A stretch of 64,000 nucleotides of DNA, taken from contig PDIP01000098.1 in NCBI GenBank assembly GCA_002811645.1, positions 108,917 to 172,916 on the forward strand, read 5' to 3'. Of this stretch, positions 11,195 to 23,821 are shown one piece after another; the first letter of the stretch is position 1; every line of letters starts with the position of its first letter. The translations under genes and the position numbers were made by a program. Below the pieces are notes generated by a model. The model did not search any database. It had not been told where the DNA came from and worked only from the letters and a program-made list of their open reading frames with translations. Source of the stretch: Corallochytrium limacisporum Hawaii (lineage: Eukaryota; Protista; Pluriformea).

Positions 11195-11937
11195 TTTTGC
11201 ATGTATGTTAACCTGTTGATACAAAATGTTGCCGTCAACACAGCCTGTCGGCGTCCACTTATGTCTATTTATATATCACGTCAGCCCGCCGGAAGGGTCG
11301 GCGCCCACCTTTGAAACAAGTCGAAACAGACGACAATGTACACACACCTTCCTCTGGCTCTTTGCAGCGCGATGTAGTAGAACACACAAATTCCAAGTAC
11401 CTGTAGATGGCCTTCGAAAAGAACCTCCCATGGAAAACCCCCCGTGTCTCTTACTTCACCGCAGCCGGCCGGCACCGTAACCTCCAAAAGTCTCCCAATC
11501 ACCCCATTTTTCGCGATCATTTTGGCGCCTCTCCCCCGACCCGTCCCCCTCCCTTCCTTCTTGGCCACTAGCTATAGCTAGCGGGCTGGCCCGCCAAGCG
11601 GCGGGTCTCGAGATGTGAAGTGGGGGAGGGGTGGAGGATTTGGTGGCCTCCTCCCACCCACCCAACCGGGGAGAACCGTGGTAAATTAGGCCCCCATTTC
11701 CTGCTCAGGTTACAGAAGCGGGAAGGTATCTGATGCCCGAAGTGGAGTGGGCCAGTGGGGATGTCCTCTGGCTATTTAAGTCTTGGCCGGAGGAGAGCCG
11801 AAAGGGTGTGTGGATAATGGCACCGCGAAGACGTCCAAATTCCAGGGAAACAAGGTGTCTGCTCTGCGGTTGTTGTATGTACAAGGGAGATTGAGTTTAC
11901 ATTGTGTTTGGATTTAAATGAGTTCATTATTTATTCT

Positions 11938-14538
11938 TTACACCAAAGCTTCACTGCTTGGGGCATAGTATGCGTTTGGATTCATTCGCTGCAGTGACCC
12001 ACGATAGCCGGTAACCTCACTGCTTACGTCTTCTGCGGGACCTGCCGCTCCAACGGAGGTGTCGCTGGAAGAACGAGAAAGAGTGCTCCGGCCGCTACTT
12101 CTGGTACCAATAGATTCATTCGCTGCAGCCTTCCTGGCAGCGAGACTGCGCTTGCGGTGGCGAATGTAGAAGAACACCAGCACAATTACCAACAGGACTG
12201 CGACACCAGCTACCACGGCAATAATGATTGCAATGTTCATTGTGCTACCACTGCTGTCATCGCCATCTCCGTTGTTTGCATCATTTTCACCAGTTGAGCC
12301 GGGAATAGGGTTGTCCTCCTCAGCGACTTCATCCAGTGGTCCACGGTTGCGCTGGTCCTCCTCTATCTGCTCCTCTTCCTCGCGTTGGCGCTGCTCCTCT
12401 TCCTGACGCAGACGTTCCTGTTCCTTGGCCTCTTCATCCCCGCGCTCGCGCTCTTCTTGCTCACGCTGACGGGCTTCCTCTTCAAGACGCTGACGCTCTT
12501 CTTCTTCTTGCCGCTCCCGTTCTGCTTCCTCTTGGCGCTCCTTGGCCGCCTCCTCGCTAGTCGGGCTGGAGGGAAAGGAGAAGCTCATAGGCTTACCTGT
12601 ACTCAACACGACATAAGTCATGTCATTGCCATAGGGAGCCATGGGCCAGAGGGTGCCTGAATCGGGCATGACAGAGTTCTTGAGAGCAGTGGTGGGGACG
12701 GTGAAAATCACCGCGCAGCCGTTGTCACCGTCAAATTCCACTCCAAGCAAACGGTGGGAGGCCTCATGGCGGATCATTTTAAGGCTGTAGTCACAACGAG
12801 ATGAACGATCCTGGGCCCACAACAGCTGAAAGATGTCATCCTGGCGCAGAGAAGTAATGGGCATGGCAGAGTTGACGGTTATCTGCTCTGTCACCGCCTC
12901 GAGCCAGTCGCTAACTAGGGATCCCTCAGTACCATTGCTGTGAACATACTGGCGCATGTTGATCTGATGGAACATGTAGGGGTCAATATTCAAGTCCAGA
13001 ATCTGAGGAGCCGCGCGGTCAGCTTCGAACTGTAAAAGCTGATCGAAACTCCAGTCACGGCCGCGGGAATTGAAGTAGTTCATGTTTTCTTCAGGTGTAG
13101 AGGAGTGGAAGTAAATCTCAGTGGCGTAGCGGGGCAAGGAGTAGCGACCGTTGTAGCCTTGCTCTGCTTCATTGATCCGGACAATTTTGCGGCTATTGCA
13201 CCAATCGTACTTGGTGACGTCGCAGACGTGGCACATGATGCCCATTTCTTCCATAACCTTGTAGAGGTTGGCGTTGTACATTCCACTGATCATGGGGGTG
13301 ACCAGAGAGCGGCCGCTGAAATTCCACGTATCATGCACACCCAGAGCTTTGGCAAAGACATCATTGTACCAGAGCTCAACGCGGACATCCTGGTAGCTCA
13401 TGGAGCTTAGCTTGGAGTGGGAAAAGGTATGGGAAGTCCACAGGAAGTTGCTCTTGACCTCATCACGTGATACATAGTTGAACAGAGGATCTTCGCGCTG
13501 CCAGCTCTCAATGAGTGTTTGGTTCTGGCTGAAGTCGTTGTTGAAATCAACACGGTACCAATAATCGGTGCCATTCCCTAGAGCGTTGCGCACGTCAGTG
13601 GGATAACGTGCAACGTAGCGACGCTCGGCCGTATCCATGAGTGGAGAAAGGCTACTGTCGTAGTAGAATACACCGTTGGCATTGTACGCAAAATCTAGCA
13701 TCACAGTGCTGTCTGCCGGCAAACGACTGTTGAAGTCGCGCTGCCATTTAAGATGCCAATCCACGTCTTCGGCTGAGACGCGGTAATTCGTCTTGGTATT
13801 CCAGATTCTGTTCGGCAGGAAAAAGTCATCAATCTGAGGCAGAATACTCATGCGTCGGAAGCCAGAGAAAGTACCTTCGGTTACCCAATCAATGACAAAA
13901 TGGATGAGTACCTTGTACTCCGTAGTCCAGTCAGCTGTGCGGACATGCAGGTACAAGTTCTTGAGGCCGTATTTTTCAATGACCTCTGCAACCATGGCGT
14001 TGTTATTCTCGGCATCGACCAGGAGAGGCTCCACGGTGGCGTCAGCGCCATTTACCGCTTCCTTGTTGATGCTGCGGGGCAACAGTTCCAGGGGACCAAG
14101 GTCCAGAGCACGGTCATTCCGAAGAATACGGTCTACTGCGTACTTTGAACGAGCAATGTCAGTGACGCGTGCGTTGTTGGGTGCAACGTTGTTGACAGTG
14201 AAGGTGAGTTGATCATCGCCGCCATTAAGGTAGACGGCGCGGACACCATACTTCAATCGGTATGTGTCTAATTCAGCACGAAACTCACCAAGGGCAGGAT
14301 TGCCGTCGACGACAATACAGGAATACGCTCCATAGCCCTCTTCAATTTCCAATGGCATTGAGCCACCAGCAACCATTATGTCGTAGCGGAGGTTCATATG
14401 GTCCATTGTGTCCTGAACTGGCAGCTTGTATCCGTTGAAAGAGATGAGCAAGCATTTCATCTCAATTTTGTAACTCTGCGCACAGCTACCGATGGTCAGC
14501 GCTGCCAGCAGCGCTGCGCAAAAATTGAAGACCCTCAT
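11938..14538 (-). CDS. Agd3-like (CE18) polysaccharide de-N-acetylase, type I membrane protein
   Basis: Signal peptide; WVTEGTFSGFRRMSILPQIDDFFL, SHTFSH, VTPMISG, PRYATEIY and DPYMFHQINMR match Agd3-family motifs as I recall them. Followed by an E/R/Q-rich stalk, a TM helix (IAIIIAVVAGVAVLLVIVLVFFYI) with RHRKR stop-transfer, and a Ser-rich tail. Confidence 0.82.
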   Translation of the reverse strand: MRVFNFCAALLAALTIGSCAQSYKIEMKCLLISFNGYKLPVQDTMDHMNLRYDIMVAGGSMPLEIEEGYGAYSCIVVDGNPALGEFRAELDTYRLKYGVRAVYLNGGDDQLTFTVNNVAPNNARVTDIARSKYAVDRILRNDRALDLGPLELLPRSINKEAVNGADATVEPLLVDAENNNAMVAEVIEKYGLKNLYLHVRTADWTTEYKVLIHFVIDWVTEGTFSGFRRMSILPQIDDFFLPNRIWNTKTNYRVSAEDVDWHLKWQRDFNSRLPADSTVMLDFAYNANGVFYYDSSLSPLMDTAERRYVARYPTDVRNALGNGTDYWYRVDFNNDFSQNQTLIESWQREDPLFNYVSRDEVKSNFLWTSHTFSHSKLSSMSYQDVRVELWYNDVFAKALGVHDTWNFSGRSLVTPMISGMYNANLYKVMEEMGIMCHVCDVTKYDWCNSRKIVRINEAEQGYNGRYSLPRYATEIYFHSSTPEENMNYFNSRGRDWSFDQLLQFEADRAAPQILDLNIDPYMFHQINMRQYVHSNGTEGSLVSDWLEAVTEQITVNSAMPITSLRQDDIFQLLWAQDRSSRCDYSLKMIRHEASHRLLGVEFDGDNGCAVIFTVPTTALKNSVMPDSGTLWPMAPYGNDMTYVVLSTGKPMSFSFPSSPTSEEAAKERQEEAERERQEEEERQRLEEEARQREQEERERGDEEAKEQERLRQEEEQRQREEEEQIEEDQRNRGPLDEVAEEDNPIPGSTGENDANNGDGDDSSGSTMNIAIIIAVVAGVAVLLVIVLVFFYIRHRKRSLAARKAAANESIGTRSSGRSTLSRSSSDTSVGAAGPAEDVSSEVTGYRGSLQRMNPNAYYAPSSEALV

Positions 14539-14859
14539 GACCCGTTCTAATGTGTGTTAGGAATGTACAGACGTCGTGTGATGTAGGTGTCCCTGCTCTA
14601 ATTGAGCTTTCAAGTGTGTCTGATAAGCAGAGGCTGTTCCGATATCAATTACCCCAAGCCTGCTGTGTTGTGCGTGGTGTATACTCTCTTCAACCCTAGA
14701 TCTCGGTAACCCTCTTAAATGAAACTGCAGGGCACCCCGGAAACGATCTGAGAGTCTTTAACTGCTTCACCTGGACCAGTGGTCTACGAGCATCTGAAAT
14801 TGCGTAGAATGTGTAACGACAGCCAGGTATTATCAGTAACAATGCCACTGGCAATGGTC

Positions 14860-14866
14860 ATTTATA
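14860..14866 (-). promoter_or_regulatory. TATA box candidate (TATAAAT) for the Agd3-like gene
   Basis: Canonical TATAAAT on the minus strand, about 320 bp upstream of the ATG. Confidence 0.3.
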
Positions 14867-17800
14867 GCTCTTCACGATGCTGAGCCACTTTTCCGATCGG
14901 ATCCGACACGCATAACCTCCATTAGAAATGCTTGTTTCAAATGAGACATGGAGAACATAGCAAATTAGCAAAATTAGATCGAACGACAAAGGGACCGAGC
15001 GATGGTGCGCACAGCTCTCCGTTCCCTTCTGTTGGTCTCGCTCTTCTCTCCCAGCCTCGTTCCGCACCCATTCCTCCTCCAGGTTTGCACCTGGTATTCC
15101 TCCATACTGAACCTTTAGGACACCACTGAAGAAAAAGTAGAAGGCTGTGCTTTCCCCCCTCCCTTCCCGTCCTCTGTCTTTCCCCCGTCCCCTCCCTCCC
15201 CTTTTCCCTCTCATTCCTGTGGGCCCTTTGCTCGCTCTCTCTCTCGCTCTCTCCNNNNNNNNNNNNNNNNNNNNNNNNNNNNNNNNNNNNNNNNNNNNNN
15301 NNNNNNNNNNNNNNNNNNNNNNNNNNNNNNNNNNNNNNNNNNNNNNNNNNNNNNNNNNNNNNNNNNNNNNNNNNNNNNNNNNNNNNNNNNNNNNNNNNNN
15401 NNNNNNNNNNNNNNNNNNNNNNNNNNNNNNNNNNNNNNNNNNNNNNNNNNNNNNNNNNNNNNNNNNNNNNNNNNNCAAACTTCTCCCTTCCCTTCCCTTT
15501 CGTTTTGCCTTTGGTTCCTTCAATTCGGCCCCCGTGGAGCAGGGGCAAATTATCAAATTGAAAAACGAGAGAGAGACGGGGTTGGGTTTGGTGTGAGACG
15601 GGAGAATGATAGATTCCCCCCCCCTCCCCGGGGGTTCCACTCTCACTTCGTTATGACGCCCACCCAAAGAAAAATCAATAGAAAAATTATACAAAACCAT
15701 CCCCCCTTCCCCTTCTGCTCCCCGAGTTCGCTTCATTCTGCGCCACTTCCCTTCGCTTCTCTTCCCTTTCTCTCGCTCGACTCGACTACCCCTCCCGGGG
15801 GGGGGCTTTGGTTCTGATACTATGAGGATCCGGTGCGTGGTTGTCATGTCCTCTTAATTACCCCTATTTCTTTTTTGGTTCTCCCTTCCTTTGCCCTCAT
15901 CCCCCCCCTTTCTCCTCCCTACCAGCCAAGGATCGGCAATCAGGCGCCTTGCGTGGAGGGGAGAGAACCAAATGGGACCCAGCACCACAGAGAAAAATGT
16001 CTCACACAGTAAATTTTTGGCAGTGAATTTATTAAGCACAGCGCACCCCAGGCCTGAAGGTAACAAGGCCAGTCCCCACCGGGGCTCGTGACGGGGAAAT
16101 CAAAATCTCTCGTCCTCCCTCTTTCTGTCTGTCTCGTCGCTCTCGCTTCGCTTATCCTCCGCAAAGAAAATCAATATCTAACCGAACGGCAGGGACTGTG
16201 GTGGAGAGAGGCATAGAATAAGTACTGAAAAGTTGTACGGCCCCGGCTTTTTGCGCTTACAAACGCACAATGTCCTGCGCGGTCTTCGCTAGGTGCCTTG
16301 GTGATTTATCCGAACGGAAGCCAGACACCTTTTATTTTTTAATTTTGAGCCAGTCGCAGACTTCCCTCGTTCTTCTCTCTCCGGGGCGGGTGGGGTAAAG
16401 GCCCGGCACCGGTGCGTCGGGTTGGCTATACATATTATATTAAGTAATACTGGCCTGCCAACCCACTCGCGCGCCAGAATGACATAGGTCCCCACTGCGA
16501 CTCCACTCCCCCCGGGGGGGGGGGGTCGTCCCTCCCGGTTCTTCGCGGTTGCGCAAAAGGAGGTTCGTCCGCAACCTTTCCTAGAATTTCTGCTTGGGTC
16601 ATCACAATTTTCAGATCAGTGTATGTTCTCTATGAGTTTGTCTCGGGGAGCCTTCAAGAGTCATCAAAGTGGCATAGTCTATGTACTGCCCTTCCGTCCG
16701 TCGTCCGACCGGACGGGTTTATTTTGGGAAGGGAACCGTTTCACACGCACACACTCCAAGCCCGCAGCGATGGAGGAAAATTTGTGCAATAGGGAAGAAG
16801 CAAAACGGTACACAGAGGGGAGGGGGGTTGCCCATTTAAATTTTGAATATTTCAGCAGTCGCGCTGCCTGGCTGTATAGTAAATGAACTGAGAGTGAGGA
16901 ATGCTTTCCATATAAGGCTCCGTCTTCAAGGAGAAAGGAAACAGCAATGTCGTATCTGGAAGCAAAGAAGGTTGATGATAATTCCAAGGCGGTGGCCGCA
17001 AGAGTTCCAAAGCAGCGATACTTTAGGTATTGAATGAATCACCTTACCTAAATTTGTTTTTCCATCGGTAGACATACGAAGTCGATGGACGCGCGTCATC
17101 GCTCCCAAACTTTCCTGGGTTAGACACTGTACTGCCGGATCCAGACAACCGATCGAAATATTATAGTAAATGTACCGCAGTGCAGGGGGCGCTCCGGGCA
17201 TTTGTCGCTCGGGGGTTTGCACAGCAAAGAACTGAGTGCACCGTTTTGTTTTGGGTAGAGGGGCCCTCACACACTCCTCCTCACTCCCTGCTCCACGTGT
17301 ATGGTCCGAGCAGTCACGCTCTACCAGGTATTTGAACCGGCGGGAGCAAGTCACTTTCGCATAGGTTCCGATTCTTTTTTGTTTTGCACTGTGTTTTTCT
17401 TGCTTTAGTGGGGACGAGAAAAGGCAAGAAAACTACGGCTCTCTCCGCCCTCCCGGCCGCCCTTCTTCTGTTTTACTTGCCGTTTTGTTCGCGCATGGTA
17501 CCAGATCTACTCGGCACATGAACCGGGAGAGGGGCGTTGGCACGGCTTACTGTAAAACTGTGGAAGATTCGCAAAGGAAAAGTAAGGAACACCCGGAGAG
17601 GGGCGGGGAAGGTTTACTTGTGCTGGTATTTTGCTGTCTGCTTGAGTTGCGTCGCGCGTCGCGGGTGGGGAGGGGGCGGGCGGGCGGAACACAACAAAAA
17701 AGAAAGAAAACGCAGGTGGTTGCATCTTTAGTCCGAACGCGGATCGTGATCTCTGGCACTGTCTGTCAACAAAGTCTGGTGCACATTCTTTGTTTTCCTT

Positions 17801-20001
17801 TTTTCCATGTGCCCAAAATGTCACGGTTGGTGCGTGCGTTTCGAAGGAACACTGCGGCGAAAGGGAAAAAGCTGCAGCAGGAGCGCTCCGAGGTACCGTA
17901 ACTGCAGTGAACATGATGGACATGGGCTCATCCCATCACGAGCTCAGAACAGACAGTGACAAAGAGCGGACACGTCCATGAAACCCCATTGGGAATGTCA
18001 CTGCCATTGTGATGGACGTTGCTGTGTCTCTGGCCCCTCTTGTCCGTCTGTCAAGACTTGGTTTTGTTGGAGTACCGTTCCATAAAAGGTAGCGATGTGA
18101 TACGGAGAGATCTTGGGTCCCCCCCTCGCTGATTTCTCCACGTTGGAATTTTGCCGAGCAAGGGAGGGGGGGTCCGGGGAGGATGTCAAGCCAGTCCAAA
18201 TTTCAGTACTGAATGGATAGGGAAATAGCCCAAGGGATGCCACGGGGGATTCTGGCAGGACAAGAGAATGGAATTTTGGGTCGAAGTATCCTTCCTAAGT
18301 TTCCTGTCAACAAAATCGCACCTTCTCGTTCCATAGAGGTCCCTGTACCACGCGCCGAGAGCTCACTATACATTCTTTATTAGCATGAATTCACTGGAAC
18401 ACCGCCTATGGCCCAAAACTAGCCACCAAGGATGCAGACAGCGCACGATTTGGAAGAATTCCAGTCGATGGTACTTGGCTGTTTATAGGCAATCAAGAGC
18501 ACAGTCTCCTCGTTCGCACTGGTAGTGAGGCATGGCGCAGACGGTGTGGAGTGCGCGGGCCGGAGTGAGAACGGACGACAGGCGCGAGCGAGTGGTACTG
18601 GTAGGCGATCGGGGAAGCGTTGCGGCGAGAGAGCCAGTGGTAAAAAGTTTACTTCGACTTTCACTCGTTCTTGCCGCGACGATTTGATGTTTGAGGAGTG
18701 CATTTTGGATGTCTATGAAACACGGTGTTATGGTACGCAGAGTTCATTGTTGAGAGACCACACCAGAGCACTTGAGTTTGCCAGCCATGCCACCATAAAA
18801 CAAGATCCACGACAATGTATGCTCCCTGTTTGACACGCAGGAACCAACACATCTCCGGAGATCGTAGAATGCTATGTGATGCTGACTGAACCCTGGAAAG
18901 GAACAAGCGCCCTGTATTATGACGCCGCCACCCGGTAGGGTGGACCCGACCCCAACCAAGAACTATGTGTGCGGTTATTATGCGTCTTCCGCCCAACGAA
19001 CACGATCGGGGTCAATTCCAACGATTGTTTCGATCGGAGCAGCATGGTGACTTGTGGGCACCTCAGTACAAGTGAACATACACATGATAGCCCCATTCAA
19101 TCAATTCATCTCTAAAGCTTTACATATAAGTTATATGGAAATTTGTCATGCGTTGGACGGGTACCAGGCTATATCACGAAGACCTACGACAGCAGCCTAG
19201 GGAGACACCACACGACCGGAAAAGTTGGTGAGAACCCAGGTAGATGCCATATGCTCATAATGCCGTAGAGAGAATAAGGTACAACCTGGGTGCAGTTTTT
19301 GCAGAAACTTCGATCGGAGACGACAAGCAAAACTGATGATCACAATACAACACGCGGCCACCAGGCACAACGCACACATGACACTGGGGATCCAGCGCAC
19401 GGGGTCATTTGTGCGCTGCGCAGTGCAGTATTGTCGACTACCAACTTCCCATCAATATCCTTGCTCCAGCCACCAAGTCACTCAAAACCTCTTCGTGAAC
19501 CTCCCCTTTGACGGACCACCCAGGGGGGCAAGAGAAGGAGTGGAGGAAGGGGAGGGGCGGCGCGCTGCTATGCGGCAGATGCGCAAAAGGAGATTAACTT
19601 GGGCTGTGAGTGTAACAAGATAACAAGATTTTCCTACAACAACTGATTTTACACTTCTGTGCGCATAGTAACCCACTGATGAGAACAGGATAAAGAGCCG
19701 TAAGGACTCTTCTTTGATAACACAGATTGCTCGTTCTGTTTTCTGTCCTCCACAAACTGCGAATACACAGAGAGTAGAACCGGGAGAGAATGATAAACAA
19801 AATAAATGAAGACCGCCGGGGCTCAAAATAGATGGACATGGAAGACGGCCTCCGTCCATAGAGAAAGAAAAACAACACATAGTCTTCCGCAACTCCCTTT
19901 TGAAGAGCCCTCTGTGTCGCATTTGGCCATCCACTTTGGCTCCACAAGGCCGACGGCTCGCTGGCAACAAGTTTTCCTTCTTGATGATGCGATGCGCGAT
20001 G

Positions 20002-20073
20002 GCGCTCTGCTGCGTGCGTGCGCTCCGCTGCGTGTGTGCGTGCGCTCCGCTGCGTGTGTGTGTGCGCTCGCTC
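20002..20073. repeat. Short imperfect tandem repeat, unit ~GCGCTCCGCTGCGTGTGTGCGT (about 3.5 copies)
   Basis: Units of 18-22 bp visible directly in the sequence. Confidence 0.7.
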
Positions 20074-21247
20074 TTGCATTTTCTTTGCTCTTCAGTATCT
20101 GTCCGCCTCTACCACAAATGTTCCACCCTTCTCCTTTTTGTCTCAGACTTTCTGTTATAAAATCATTCATACATTGAGGATGTATTATCTGGGTCATGCG
20201 CTACCAAATCTATCACCAAGAGCCCGACGTCCGGACACGCGGACAGAGGAACAGTGGACAGCAATGGAAGCAACAACGGACTTCAGAAGAACACTGATAT
20301 GCCTCAGTATGGAAAAAGTACGGGGAAAATTAGAAATCCGGCCGGCGCTTGTGGGAAGGGTGTGTACAGCGCATCAGCAGACTGACTTGTTTTTGGTGCT
20401 AAGCGTAGTGAATCAAGGTGACTTTCTTGGTCAATTTAGACATGGTCAGATTTCACTGAGGATCCCATTCGGGGCGCGGCGGCGTCCCTTGACATGTTTG
20501 TAAGTGCTAGACCCGGAACTGCTTGTTTGTTTCCGGGCATGGCCTTTTTAAGGATGGCTGAACTCTCCAGCCTCAAGGCTGGGCAGAGCAATCTTTTCTT
20601 CGTTTCTTTTCTTTTTCTTTTTTGCTCAAGCGCGGTAGTGGCCGTATAGGCCCACACGCTCCAACTTCAGAGCGCGGCTCGCTCCATTGAAAATTAATCA
20701 CGATCAGCTGCCCGTCTTAGACAGGAAGTAGGTCACGGGAAACGCTGATTACGAAGTCGATGGTGGTGAAGCAGGCGCACGCAATACTGGCCCAAATACC
20801 CCTTGTTCAGTCGTCCACCCTAATCTGGTACAAAATGAATGAGATTCACTTCGCCTACTGGGAGGAGAGCGTGGTACAGCCACTGGTTAAACAGTGCTTG
20901 TTTACGTTTACTCCCACTCTCTCTCTCTCTCCCCTTGCCTCAATTAAGACTGGTTGGAAGGATTCATCCCTGTCCTACTCCTTGACGTTGCACTTAGTGG
21001 TCCCTCATTAGGCAAATTTCTCTTTGGTGTACCACTGCTAAACGCATGATTCACATGGCTCAGACGAACGCCAGACGAAGAAAAATGTTTCTTGGGGCCC
21101 ATGAGAACCACTCCCCTCCCCCCCTTCCCTGCTCACCAATAAATTCCCCCCCCCCTTTCTCCTCCCTTCTCATCCCTCCCTCCCCACTAGGCCCGGAACC
21201 GAGAGCCAGGAGAGAGAATACGGGATAACCACCAAGGAACCCAAACG

Positions 21248-21250
<3 letters not shown>

Positions 21251-21336
<86 letters not shown>
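21251..21336. repeat. (CA)43 microsatellite
   Basis: Perfect dinucleotide run. Confidence 0.97.
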
Positions 21337-21337
<1 letters not shown>

Positions 21338-23821
21338 CAGCAAAGGCAGCATAAGGTATGCGACCATCCAGACGGTGCTAGAGCAATGGCCGCCAACTGG
21401 CAAAGATCCTGAGAATGCGAAAGCATGCCCAATACAGGTCTTTGGTACGCACCTCGAAGAGGAAACAGGCAGAGCTGGGTGGGATCCAAAAGTCGAGTAT
21501 TTTCTTTTTTTTTTTGCTCTGAGAGTGCAGAACTGCGGTGGTTGCCTGGTGTGCCTGGTGCAAATTTTCATTTTTTTTTTCGAGTCGCTTCTTTGTAGCT
21601 TATTATGTATAAACAAGGACCTGGGTGTTTTGTAGTGAACTTTCCACCTCCTTCGTTTTGTTTCTGGCTCCCATTTTTTCTTTCCGTTTAAGATCCCATT
21701 TGTCTTAATTTGTATTTCTAATTCTTATTTTTTTTTGTTCGTTCTTGTCATACACACCGGGTAGTGTCCATGATATATGTACCAGCAACAAACCATGACC
21801 CAATTTGGACAAAATGGAACAAATCCCTTAACTTGGGGTCAGCGCGGCGCACCTCGACGGCAAATTTACGAGACGGGGCAGGACCGGGGGGAAGGAATGT
21901 TGTGTTGCGCAGCATCGGACGACACTGGCCGGGTAGACGGGAAGGTTTAGAGTCGTCGTCATTGCCCTTGGATTTTCCACTGCGTACCGCAATGTCGCGA
22001 TATTGCTTCGTAAGTGAAGAAAAGAAGACCGAGACTACATGTCTTCCTGAAGTCAAGGATGTCTGGGTAGCCTAGAGAGCGCAGAGACTGACAGTTTTCA
22101 CCGCTGTTGAAGTGTTACGTAGACTGGAAGAAGCGATGCGTACTTGGCTGTTCGACTTGTTGGGCAATGAACCGGGCCCCTGACGTTTCCTGCTGAGTGT
22201 GGGGGCTGTTGGCAACAGGTGTACTGTCAAGATCGAGGCTCTCCTTAGATCTCGTGACAAGCGCTTTGCGCTCGACGCCCGCACATTGCACTAGATGATG
22301 AAGGTATCGGCGCGTGAGTGACCGGTGTACGTGGGCAGCGGTGCTATTGTTCCCTCGTCGTGTTCTGCGCTATCATCCGCGGCGAGTGGAAAGTGGTCAC
22401 CTTATGCAAGATAGGATACTACCCACCGGAGGCATCGACATGGAAGAGATATCTAGCTCCCAAATGAGTAACCTTGCGGCCATGTTTACCCAACATAATG
22501 TAGGAGTTCAACAATGCAGTGGGTCCCAACACAGCATCCATCGCAAGACGTCGAATCGTAAAAAGTAGACCGGTGAATGTAACTCCATGAACACCAGCAG
22601 AGTTAGGCATTGCTCACCAATCTACGAACATCCTCGGGTGCCCTACCATAGCCCCCTTCCCAGGTTAGTACCTCCTGACAATCTTAACAGCTGGCGTATA
22701 ATGTCCATGGCTAGAAGTCTAGCGTATGACCACCTCCTGCACTCGCCCTTGGTGCGTCCAACGTTGGCTTGTGACATCTCCAAGTGTCCACTGTAACATG
22801 TGTCCATTAATCTTGTCTGGACGAGAAAAAAGGCCAGTTGCATGAGCATGCGCCAAGGTCGGCAGTTCCCTGTGGATTGGAGCCCAAGCGAATTGTCTCT
22901 CGCGATGTCGGATGTTACCACCGTTGCCATTGATCCAAAGGTTGGGGTAGGGACGGTTCTGAGTGAAGGGGTTTCAGATGGAGTTGAGCGACAGAATCCT
23001 ATGTTTTGCTCCTTCAACACTGATATCTAAGGAATGCTCGGTGCTCTTCAACTGGGAGCCAGATTGGGGCAAACCGAAGGTCCTGCAGTTATGTCTTCCG
23101 ATAGTAAATGTGCCGCGGTGCCAGACGAAAAGTATCGATCAAGTGACAACCTCGTCTCGTACGTGGACCGATACATCCTCACTTAATGTTCCCGACCCGC
23201 ACTCGCGGAGCCTCCCCACCCACGCGATCACTCGAGGGCCGGCCGCTGAAGCTCGGTACCGAACCCTAAACACAATATAGACTCCGAACAGCAGCAGAGA
23301 TAGAGAGAAGGTGCTTTTGATTGGAACGAACGACAAGCCCGGCGAAGCCGAGGTTGACCAAAGGGAGTCTATTTTGTGGATGGCTTCCCTGTCATAGCCT
23401 ATATTCATGTCCGGATATATTAACTATTTTTTTTGCTTGAACAAATAGTAAAAAATCCCGCTGCCCATGAAAGTTTTCAAAGCAGACTTGCTTACCTATC
23501 AAATTAGGCCAGTATGATACGTATATTAAAATATAGCCCAAACTCAAAAACGAGTCGCTCGTCCCCAGCGGAGTACCCCGTGGATCCAGTGCGACGGTGT
23601 CAGGTCCGGTTCGGGTCAGACTGGCGGGCACGACGAAACCATATGGTGCTGGTAGTTCAAAACCAACGTCGTCGATCAGAACCATTGAAATTCATAGTTG
23701 GTATCCATTGATAAGGGGACACAACCGCATACAGCGACAATGATGCAACCGTAGAGTAGAACAAGCGCACCGCAGGGTTTCGCAATATACCAAACGAGCT
23801 CTCGTGGCCACAAGCACAAAT

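Noticed and set aside
14858-15847. Long ORFs spanning N-gaps (also near 27847, 37153, 39124, 45695 and 47835)
   Set aside because: They are open only because Ns contain no stop codons.
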